DNA of 60,416 nucleotides, the filler included. It is 5 parts of 5 records of this genome, joined end to end, with 100 filler letters (N's around TTAATTAATTAA, not from the genome) between each part and the next. Parts side by side here need not be neighbours in the genome. Positions count along the whole stretch, not along the records: positions 33,212 to 49,386 come from DRR723986_4817; positions 49,487 to 60,416 come from DRR723986_4824; 3 more parts are not named here. One strand, given 5' to 3'. Both the position numbers and the translations under genes were made by a program. Shown here piece after piece: positions 48,645 through 57,141 of this stretch; position 1 is the first letter of the stretch, and each line of letters opens with the position of its first letter. A model generated the notes under the pieces. It made no database searches. It saw only the letters and a list, made by a program, of their open reading frames with translations, and had not been told where the DNA came from.

Positions 48645-49253
48645 ATGGAAATCGGAATTCTGGGCGCAGCGTCGCTCGGGCAGACCCTCGCCAGCCGGCT
48701 GGCTGCTGCCGGTCACAACATAGTCCTGGCCAACAGCCGCGGGCCGGAAAGTCTGCGTGATGTCATCACGCGACTTGGAAAAGGGATTACCGCCGGCCAT
48801 GCGGCGGAGGCCATGAACAAACCGGTCGTTGTCCTGGCCATGCCATGGACGAAACTCAGCGACGTGCTTGCGCCTGATATCAATTGGGACAACCGCGTCC
48901 TGATCGACGCGACAAATATCTTCACCAGCTATGCACCGTCGTTCGAGATCGATGATCTGGGGGAAGAGACCGGCAGCGAGATTGTCGCCCGCCTGGCCCC
49001 CGGCGCCCGTGTCGTCAAGGTGTTCAACACTCTTCCTGTCGCTACGATGATCGCGCCGTTACAGGAAGAACGTTTGCGGCGAGTCCTGTTCGTGGCCGGT
49101 GACGACGAAGACGCTGTCGCCATCGCACAGCATCTGGTTTCAGACATCCATCTGCACCCGGTGTACATCGGCTCGCTGGCGACAGGGGGGAGGCTGATGC
49201 AACTCGGCGGCGCGCTGAGCGGCCTGGAACTCTTCATTGATGGCGGCAGGTGA
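48645..49253 (+). CDS. NADP oxidoreductase (F420_oxidored family)
   Basis: LANSRGPE, LAMPW, IDATN, VVKVFNT, AGDD. Confidence 0.85.
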   Translation: MEIGILGAASLGQTLASRLAAAGHNIVLANSRGPESLRDVITRLGKGITAGHAAEAMNKPVVVLAMPWTKLSDVLAPDINWDNRVLIDATNIFTSYAPSFEIDDLGEETGSEIVARLAPGARVVKVFNTLPVATMIAPLQEERLRRVLFVAGDDEDAVAIAQHLVSDIHLHPVYIGSLATGGRLMQLGGALSGLELFIDGGR

Positions 49254-49312
49254 TAGAGCTGACCCGGAGCCATGCGCTCAAGTAGCCGAAGGCTGTAGCG
49301 CAGGAATAGATA

Positions 49313-49386
49313 TGGCGGAGAGAGGGGGATTCGAACCCCCGGAACGCTTGCGCGCTCAACGGTTTTCGAGACCGCCCCGTTCAACC
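49313..49386 (-). tRNA. tRNA-Ser(CGA), 5' end lost at contig break
   Basis: Minus strand ...GCGGT-CTCGAAA-ACCGT, long variable arm, GGGGGTTCGAATCCCCC T-arm, encoded CCA at 49315-49313. Confidence 0.95.
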
Positions 49387-49486
49387 NNNNNNNNNNNNNN
49401 NNNNNNNNNNNNNNNNNNNNNNNNNNNNNNTTAATTAATTAANNNNNNNNNNNNNNNNNNNNNNNNNNNNNNNNNNNNNNNNNNNN
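49387..49486. other. Artificial contig linker
   Basis: 44 N + TTAATTAATTAA + 44 N. Confidence 0.98.
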
Positions 49487-50135
49487 GCTTTCCGGCGGCC
49501 AGCAGCAGCGCGTGGCTCTTGCCCGCACCGTCGTTGTCGAGCCGGATGTCCTGTTGCTCGACGAGCCGCTATCGAACCTTGACGCCAGTCTGCGCATCCA
49601 GATGCGCCGGGAACTTTTATCCCTTCAGAGGAAGCTGGGCCTGACGACCATCTTCGTCACCCACGACCAGGAAGAGGCCAACACCACCGCGGACCGGATG
49701 GCCGTGCTCGACGGCGGTGTCATCCAGCAGATGGGCACGCCGCAGGAACTCTACGACACGCCGGCAAATCTGTTCGTGGCAAAATTCCTGGGAACCGCAA
49801 ACATCATCGACGGCACACTTCAGCGTGGTAACGGTGGAAATACCTTCAAGATTGCCTCCGGCGAAGTGCTTCATCTCGGTGCAGGCAGCCCCGACGGATC
49901 TTCGCTTGTGCTGCGGCCGCAGAACATCGAAATCGTCACCGACCAGAACCACCCGGACCTGATTACGGGCAAGGTCAAGCACCGGGAATTTCTCGGCAGC
50001 CAGACGCGCTACCTGGTGGAAGCAGCAGGCAGTGAGCTGATCATCGATCAGAAACATGTGGGCGGTGTCGACTGGTACGAACCCGGCATGGAAGTGAAGA
50101 TGAGCGTCAACACCCGGAACGCCGTGTTGCTCTGA
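49487..50135 (+). CDS. ABC ATP-binding protein, PotA/FbpC type with TOBE domain (5' truncated)
   Basis: LSGGQQQRVALAR, LLLDEPLSNLD, VTHDQEEA. Confidence 0.92.
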
Positions 50136-50623
50136 CGTTTTTCGGCATCTGGCCTGCACGGGATCGTGCCGGCCTCCTGCCCGGTGCAGGTGTCTTCACG
50201 CCATTCAGATCCGGTGCCCGGCCCAACCTCCTCTCACCCTTCTCCCTGCGGGCGGCCGCCACTGCCGGCTGGGAGGAGCTGAAAGCCCAAGGTTCGGGCG
50301 TCGGGGCCCGTGAGCGTCAGTTCACGGGCCATCTTTCGCAGAAAGACTTGTCAAAATGACGCAAGGTCAAGTTTTTGACATCGAAGTCGCGACACAGATC
50401 CCGCACCGCGAAGAAAATCGGAACGCCTTTCAAGCAATTCAGCAGATCAAGGCAAGCTCCGATGCCTGGTGATATTAGTCGACTTTGGCTAGACACTTTC
50501 TTCACCGATAAAACTGACCTGACCATAAATAGTTTGGTAACAACTACCACCTAGCTTTCCCGGATTACTCCTGTGGCGGCATGGAGTTCAGTGAACCACT
50601 GAAACTCGATTCATGGGGGAAAC

Positions 50624-53008
50624 ATGAGAGCCGCCGGCAATCTTCCGATATCGATGAAACTCGCCATCTGCATGGCTGTTTCCGTTCTGCTTACAATGTC
50701 CGTTGCGGTCGTCGGCTATGTCGCGACCCGCCAGATGGGCGGGGCAATTCAAACCTCCCAGACAACGGGCTCTGCCCTGATGTCCATGGCCCAGCTTAAC
50801 CGCCTGAAAGCGCGTTACGTCGAATCCGGCGATCCGGATGACGTCTCCGTGGTGAAGGACAGCATGACCGACATCTCCGCGACGCTTTCTGTTCTGCAAG
50901 CCAGCGGAGAAGACGTTGCCTCGGCGACCGGCAACATTGCCGCATTCTCGACTGCTTTCGACACCCTGGTTGCCTCCGAGGAAGAAATCGAACGCAAACG
51001 CCTGCAGATGACGACGTCCCTGGAAAACCTGATGGCGATCGGCCACAGCGTTGCCCAGGCCGCGGCGAAACGCGAACAGAAACTGGTCAACGAGCTGCAA
51101 TCCTTGAGAACAAGCGGGGAAGCGGCCAGTGAACTCGCGCAGGCAGCAACACTTGCCAGCGCCCATTCCATGCAACTCAAGCTGGATCTGGAGACCCTGT
51201 TTCGACACCCGGACGCGGCGCACATGAAGGCGGTCAGCAAATCCTTCGGCAAGTACTATCTCCTGATCCGCAAGCTGACGTCCTCCGCAACCGTGTCGGA
51301 AAACCTGCAGCCCGCACGTGACCTTGCCGAAGGCGCCAACGCCATGCGCGCCCTGCTCTCCGCCGTCCAGAAGGATCCGTCTCAGGCCCTGTCCAGGAGA
51401 GGCGCCCTGACCAAGGGCTTTGACAGCCTTGCCGGACTGACCGATGCCGTGCGCAATGACCTTGGCCGCGCCTTCAAGACGGCCCACGGCGACATGCTGG
51501 CGATCGAGGGACTTGCCCGCTCCGCTGTTGCCGAAGCCAAGGCCGGCGACGACTTTGCTGCCGAAGCCCGGGTGTTGTCAGATGCGTTCTGGCAGTTCCA
51601 GGTCAACCGGTCGGATCTTACCCGCAAGGCAGTGCTCGACAGTATCGCCGCCCTGCAGATGCAACAGGAACAGGTGTTGTCCACCATGCTGACGGGAGCC
51701 GATGCGGTCGCAGCGCGCATCGCAATCGAAACCCTGGGCAGCGCCTTTGCGAAACTGTCTTCGGCCATGGCAGATTTCCAGGTTGCGCTTGCTGCTGCCG
51801 ACACTGCCGAGACAAAGTTTGCCGAAGGCATTTCCGCGCTCAACGAAAGGCTGGAAACCAGTGCCGCCAGTACGGAAGCAAGGTCGACACTCATCCTGTT
51901 GGCGGTGTCCGCGATCGGGCTGGTGTTCGGCATTGCGGCGGCAGTTGCACTCTGGTTCACCGTTGCCCGCCCCGTGTCCGTTCTGACAGCTGCGACCCGT
52001 CGTCTGGCTGACGGCGAAGTCGATGTCACGATCGACGGTGCGGTCACGCGCGACGAGGTTGGGCAGCTCCGTCAGGCACTCCTGATTTTCCGTGACAGCC
52101 TGCTGGAAAACCGCCGCCTCGGCGAAGAACGGATGCAAAGCCAGTTGGCCAGTGAGGAGCGCCAACAGCATATAGACAGGCTGGTGGCCGCGTTCCGCAA
52201 TGACATTCAGGACGTCCTGAAGAGCCTGTCCGAAAATGCCGGACAGATGCAGGACACAGCCCAGTCCATGACGGTGATTGCCGAAACGGCATCTTCCCTC
52301 ACCGGCAACGCCACCGGTTCCTCGAACGAAGCCTCCGGCAACGTTCAGGCCGTCGCGGCTGCCACCGACGAGATGGCTGCCTCGATTGCAGAGATCGCCC
52401 GGCAGGTGGAAACGTCGAGCCAGATCGTCAGCAACGCCGCGGACAACGCCAACCGGACCAGCAGCAAGATCACCGGTCTGGCGGAAACCGCACAAAGCAT
52501 CGAAGGCGTTGTTTCCCTGATCTCCGAGATCGCCGAACAAACCAACTTGCTGGCGCTCAACGCCACCATCGAGGCGGCTCGTGCCGGGGAAGCCGGCAAG
52601 GGCTTTGCCGTTGTGGCGGCAGAGGTCAAGTCGCTGGCAACTCAGACCGCAAGAGCGACAAACGAAATCGCCTCGCAGATTGCGGCCATGCAGGCGTCCG
52701 CATCGGAAACGGTTACGGCCATCGGCGAGATCGTCGCGATCATGCAGGACGTCTCGGAGTGCACCAGCGCGATTGCTGCTCCCGTCGAGCAGCAGGGCTA
52801 CGCGACAAACGAAATCGCGCGGAATGCCGCCCTCGCCTCCAATCGAACCATGGCGGTCGTCGAAGACATGTCCAGCGTTTCGGATGCGATCGGCGACACC
52901 CGGAAATCCGCAAGCGATGTTCTGAATGCCTCCGACGACCTGAACCAGCAGACAGCACGCATTCGGTCGACCGTGACGACATTCCTCAACGAAGTGGCGG
53001 CAGCCTGA
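50624..53008 (+). CDS. Methyl-accepting chemotaxis protein
   Basis: Two TMs flanking a long periplasmic region, HAMP (RDEVGQL), [30 protein letters not shown]. Confidence 0.96.
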   Translation: MRAAGNLPISMKLAICMAVSVLLTMSVAVVGYVATRQMGGAIQTSQTTGSALMSMAQLNRLKARYVESGDPDDVSVVKDSMTDISATLSVLQASGEDVASATGNIAAFSTAFDTLVASEEEIERKRLQMTTSLENLMAIGHSVAQAAAKREQKLVNELQSLRTSGEAASELAQAATLASAHSMQLKLDLETLFRHPDAAHMKAVSKSFGKYYLLIRKLTSSATVSENLQPARDLAEGANAMRALLSAVQKDPSQALSRRGALTKGFDSLAGLTDAVRNDLGRAFKTAHGDMLAIEGLARSAVAEAKAGDDFAAEARVLSDAFWQFQVNRSDLTRKAVLDSIAALQMQQEQVLSTMLTGADAVAARIAIETLGSAFAKLSSAMADFQVALAAADTAETKFAEGISALNERLETSAASTEARSTLILLAVSAIGLVFGIAAAVALWFTVARPVSVLTAATRRLADGEVDVTIDGAVTRDEVGQLRQALLIFRDSLLENRRLGEERMQSQLASEERQQHIDRLVAAFRNDIQDVLKSLSENAGQMQDTAQSMTVIAETASSLTGNATGSSNEASGNVQAVAAATDEMAASIAEIARQVETSSQIVSNAADNANRTSSKITGLAETAQSIEGVVSLISEIAEQTNLLALNATIEAARAGEAGKGFAVVAAEVKSLATQTARATNEIASQIAAMQASASETVTAIGEIVAIMQDVSECTSAIAAPVEQQGYATNEIARNAALASNRTMAVVEDMSSVSDAIGDTRKSASDVLNASDDLNQQTARIRSTVTTFLNEVAAA

Positions 53009-53118
53009 GATCAAACGCCTGCCGGGCGGGAGAACCGACTGCCGCCCGCCCAGTTCCCCCCCGTAAAACCGGTTCGGCCCGAACGGACCGCCAACATGAC
53101 ACTTAAAAAGACAATCCG

Positions 53119-53697
53119 ATGACCCATCCGAAAATCATCTTCATGCGCCACGGCGAAACAGAATGGAACCTGATCGGCCGTGCGCAAGGCCGGCTGGATT
53201 CTCCCCTGACTGCAAAGGGACGCGAGCAGGCGACCCTCTTGGGAAAGATCCTCGCCCGCGAACTGGTATCAGCCGAAGGTTACGACCAGATGGTCAGCCC
53301 CTTGGGCCGAACCCTGGAAACCTCGCAGTACCTGCAGCAGAACTTCGACTTTTCGCCGGTTGAAACCGACCTGCTCGTTGAAATCGATGTCGGCGGTCTG
53401 AGCGGCCTGACAAGGCCCGAGATGTTAGAGAAGTATCCCGAACACATGAACGGCAAGCCCGGCAACACCTGGTATTTTGGCGCGCCGGGTGGCGAGACAC
53501 TGCAGCAGATGCGTGAGCGCGCCGGAGTCTGGCTTGCAGGCCTGACGGGACCGACAATCGCAGTGGCCCATGGCCAGATCGGCAAGGTTATTCGGGGTAT
53601 CGTTCTCGGTCTCGATGACACCGGGATTCTCAGCCTCAAGGAACCGCAGGGCGTGGTTCATGTGCTTGAAAACGGACAGGAAACGATCTGGAGCTGA
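53119..53697 (+). CDS. Histidine phosphatase family protein
   Basis: RHGETEWN, SPLGR, GGET, VAHG. Confidence 0.92.
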   Translation: MTHPKIIFMRHGETEWNLIGRAQGRLDSPLTAKGREQATLLGKILARELVSAEGYDQMVSPLGRTLETSQYLQQNFDFSPVETDLLVEIDVGGLSGLTRPEMLEKYPEHMNGKPGNTWYFGAPGGETLQQMRERAGVWLAGLTGPTIAVAHGQIGKVIRGIVLGLDDTGILSLKEPQGVVHVLENGQETIWS

Positions 53698-53903
53698 AGA
53701 CTGCGGGCGTGCCCCCGTTCTGCACGCCCAGCACCTTCCCCTGCCACAAATACAAGACCAAAACCGGAAGACCGGACGAACCCGTCACTTTGGCAATGGT
53801 CTTCCTCCATTGACGCTGTGGACAGGAAACCGGTGCTGCAGCTATACAAAGGAGAGTAATCAGCAAGAACTCCTTTATTTCATTCACTTAGCGGGGGCTA
53901 CAA

Positions 53904-55316
53904 GTGAACTATTTGCTGCCAGCACATATTATTCGATTGAGCGTCATTTTGACGGCTATCGTATTTCTTCAAATAATTTTAAGTACAGGATCCGCCTTTG
54001 CGGGTAAGCGTGTCGCACTCATCATCGGCAATTCGAATTACGAACATATTCAATCCCTGAAAAACCCTGAAAACGACGCCCTTCTCATGGCAAAAACCTT
54101 GGGCGACGCCGGTTTTGAAGTGAGGCAACTCATCGACGGCAACTACAGGGATATGAAGCGGGAACTTCTCGAGTTTGGTCGCACCTTGCGGGATTCGTCG
54201 ATCGAAGCAGGCCTGATCTACTACGCCGGGCACGGTGTGCAGGTACGCGGGGAGAATTATCTCATCCCGGTGAACGCCCTTCTGGCGGATGAGGACGAGG
54301 TCGATCTTGAGGGCATCAACGTCAACGACTTCCTCAAGGTGATGAACTCGTCCAGCAGTCCGGTGAACATCGTCGTACTGGATGCCTGTCGTAACAATCC
54401 CTTCAAAGGCTCTTTCCGCTCGGCCACCCGTGGCCTTGCCCCCATCGATGCACCCATGGGCACCCTGATCGCCTATGCGACGTCACCCGGGCAGGTCGCG
54501 ATGGACGGTTCCGCCGGAAATTCCCCCTACACGGCCGCCCTCAGCCGCGCCATCGAAACCAGTCCCGGCGAGCCGATTGAATCCGTCTTCAAGCAGGCCC
54601 GGCGCGATGTTCTGGCCGAAACCGCCGACCGGCAAGTGCCTTGGGAAGTCAGCTCGATCACCGGTGATTTCTACTTTTATGAAGACGGTCCGCTGCCAGA
54701 CGATACCGCCGGAGAAGCCGGCAGCCAGGGCAGCCTCGACGTCGCCTACTGGACCGCCATTCGCGACAATCCTTCCGTCTCCGAACTGCGCGCCTATCTC
54801 GCCCAGTTTCCAAATGGCCTTTTCGCAGGTGTCGCCGCCAACCGTCTGAAGGACCTCGAAGACAAGCCACAGGTCCAGGCAAGTCTTGCACCGAGCGAAG
54901 CCGAGCAACCGATAAACGAAGCTCCGGTTCCGTCCGATCCGAAGGAACTGACGAGGGCCGTCCAGGTGGAACTCAACAGGCTTGGCTGCGACGCAGGTTC
55001 GCCAGACGGTGTCTGGGGCCCGAAGAGTGGCCGCGCTCTCGACACGTTGAGGAACGAAGCCAAGCTTCAGCTTGCGTCCTTGTCTCCCAACGCGGCTGTC
55101 CTGAAGAAACTCCGGCAGCTCGACGGCAGGATATGTCCGCTGACCTGTTCCGCCCGCTACGTATTGAAGAACAACGAGTGTGTTCTGAAAACCTGCCCGG
55201 CCGGACAACTGCTCTCTTCAGCAGGGCAATGTTACACGAAGTCGAAACCCAGTCCCCAGTCCTCCTCATCCGGAGGCAACTGCTTCACGTTCAACGGCCA
55301 GCAATATTGCGACTGA
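53904..55316 (+). CDS. Exported caspase-like (peptidase C14) protein with PG-binding-like and Cys-rich C-terminal regions
   Basis: Signal peptide; KRVALIIGNSNY, LKNPEND, YYAGHG, LDACR dyad; VQVELNRLGCDAGSPDGVWG; Cys-rich tail. Confidence 0.9.
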   Translation: MNYLLPAHIIRLSVILTAIVFLQIILSTGSAFAGKRVALIIGNSNYEHIQSLKNPENDALLMAKTLGDAGFEVRQLIDGNYRDMKRELLEFGRTLRDSSIEAGLIYYAGHGVQVRGENYLIPVNALLADEDEVDLEGINVNDFLKVMNSSSSPVNIVVLDACRNNPFKGSFRSATRGLAPIDAPMGTLIAYATSPGQVAMDGSAGNSPYTAALSRAIETSPGEPIESVFKQARRDVLAETADRQVPWEVSSITGDFYFYEDGPLPDDTAGEAGSQGSLDVAYWTAIRDNPSVSELRAYLAQFPNGLFAGVAANRLKDLEDKPQVQASLAPSEAEQPINEAPVPSDPKELTRAVQVELNRLGCDAGSPDGVWGPKSGRALDTLRNEAKLQLASLSPNAAVLKKLRQLDGRICPLTCSARYVLKNNECVLKTCPAGQLLSSAGQCYTKSKPSPQSSSSGGNCFTFNGQQYCD

Positions 55317-55363
55317 CCTGGCAATGCGGCACACGTGCTCGAGTTTCAGATGATCGGGGCAAG

Positions 55364-55930
55364 ATGGGGTTGATAAAAACTCTGGCAGCCAGCCTGCTTC
55401 TTGCGGCCGGCTTTGCAGGAAACGCAAGCGCGGACGACATGTCCGGCAAGACCATAACGATCGACATCACCATGCCGATCTGCGGTTTTGCCGACGGCAC
55501 ACAGTCCTGCGTCTGGGAACACAGCGCGTGGTTCTATCTCGCCGCCATCTTCTTCGCCGGGAACGATGACCTGTTCTATTCCTTTTCGTTTCACTCGAAC
55601 TTCGAAACGGAAGGCGTCCGGATACCAACCGGCACGGGATCAGGTGAGAGGGTCGACAAAACCAAATCCGGCGACCCGATCGTCCATTTCGTGGATGTTG
55701 AGCGGCTCTCGGCAAACCGTCTTCATGCAGTCCACACCATGGAAATGGTTGAAGACGGATACATCCGGAAAAACGCGTTCACGCTGGAAATGAACGGCAA
55801 GGAGTGCCGGATCCTGAAGTTCAGGCAGGAGCACTTCTCCAACACTCAGATCAAGTACGCCTATGGAAAGCCGACCTCGCTGATTTGCAAGGTTCAGGAC
55901 GGTCCGCAAACCGATGTCTATGGAAAGTGA
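55364..55930 (+). CDS. Hypothetical exported protein
   Basis: Start MGLIKTLAASLLLAAGFAGNASA|DD gives a clean Sec signal peptide; four Cys. Confidence 0.72.
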   Translation: MGLIKTLAASLLLAAGFAGNASADDMSGKTITIDITMPICGFADGTQSCVWEHSAWFYLAAIFFAGNDDLFYSFSFHSNFETEGVRIPTGTGSGERVDKTKSGDPIVHFVDVERLSANRLHAVHTMEMVEDGYIRKNAFTLEMNGKECRILKFRQEHFSNTQIKYAYGKPTSLICKVQDGPQTDVYGK

Positions 55931-56041
55931 CGACATGGACAGCGCACCGGCGAACCCGCCACCACAGCTCGAAACACATCCATCAACATCGAATTACAAG
56001 ATCCTCCAGATGGAGGACATTTTCCCGGAAGGAGACTTATT

Positions 56042-56707
56042 GTGAAGAAGATTTTGTTCCTGGCATTGACGACTTCAATGCTGGGTATGGCCGGTTGCCA
56101 GTCGACGGCACCGGAAGGCGCCTCCCCGGCCCAGAGTTCCAAATCAGCTCCCGCGACCTTCGATCTCGGAAGCAAGAAGATTTTCCTGAGCTCGAATGTC
56201 AAGGTCGAGCAGAAGGACTATTATTCCAACACCAACAAGGGATCGTTCACCGAAACCAACAACCGTACAGGCGCTATGGCCGTTCTGATACGCCAAAACG
56301 GCGACAATCTTCTGGTCGCCGATCCGGACAACCAGGCAGGAACCGTGTTTGTGAACGGTAAAAGCGTCAAGACCTCCGGCAGCATCTCCGGCAAGGGCAG
56401 GACCAACTGCGTCAAGCTGGAAATCGAGGAAGGCTACAAGCGGAATATCTGTTCGCGCTACACCTACAGCAACGGCATCGTCGAGATTTCCGAAGAGGAA
56501 AAGGACCCCGCCGAGGACCGCACCACAAAGCGGACCTACAAATTCGCCTATGACGGCAACAGCTGCCGCTTCATCAGTTTCTCGGAGTTCTCGAACGCCA
56601 AGAACGGCTATTGTGACGGCCCCTGCCTTGGCTACTACGGCGGAAAGACCAAGTGGCGCTACACGCTCAACAGCACATCGACTTCAGGCAACTGCAGCAT
56701 TCGCTGA
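56042..56707 (+). CDS. Hypothetical lipoprotein
   Basis: AAGGAG RBS, GTG start, lipobox MAG|C, six further Cys. Confidence 0.82.
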   Translation: MKKILFLALTTSMLGMAGCQSTAPEGASPAQSSKSAPATFDLGSKKIFLSSNVKVEQKDYYSNTNKGSFTETNNRTGAMAVLIRQNGDNLLVADPDNQAGTVFVNGKSVKTSGSISGKGRTNCVKLEIEEGYKRNICSRYTYSNGIVEISEEEKDPAEDRTTKRTYKFAYDGNSCRFISFSEFSNAKNGYCDGPCLGYYGGKTKWRYTLNSTSTSGNCSIR

Positions 56708-56720
56708 TTGGACCTGACGC

Positions 56721-56766
56721 GTTGCCCCGGGCCGCAGCTTTCCGGCTTGCGTTTCCCCGGGGCAAC
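56721..56766. other. Inverted repeat after the lipoprotein gene
   Basis: GTTGCCCCGGG...CCCGGGGCAAC perfect 11-bp arms. Confidence 0.6.
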
Positions 56767-57141
56767 CATCCTCACCTGACGGATATGATGGCCGGATCGC
56801 AACGCAGCCGATGCCAATCATTTGCCGCCACGCCCTTCAGGCGTGGCGCGCTTGCCGGATACTTCACCACGCACCCGAAACCCTGATGTTTCCCTGATAT
56901 TTCGCGACAGTTATCGTGCTGTGCCGCGTTGTCGAAACACGACCAGCCTGTCGCAATCACAAGCCAGCTTTTCCTGACGATTTGAACCGCCGTGTCGTGG
57001 CGCTTATGCCGCCATGACGCAATTACGCTATTTTGCCTGTCGATCAGTCGCGATACTGCCGCCACGAAACGGAAATCCGGTGCAGTCGCACGGACCGGAC
57101 GCAGGCGGACTGCGCTCCGGTCGATGAAAAAGGAATGAGAC

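Noticed and set aside
50255-50285. Cobalamin riboswitch (GCCACTG...GGGAGG)
   Set aside because: The upstream GGGAA/GGTG/CCCGCnACTGT core and the downstream B12 box are missing, and the next gene is an MCP.
56770-57141. Glycine riboswitch upstream of the GcvT-family gene
   Set aside because: No GGAGA...CGAAG...CTCTCAGG aptamer motifs; only generic hairpins.
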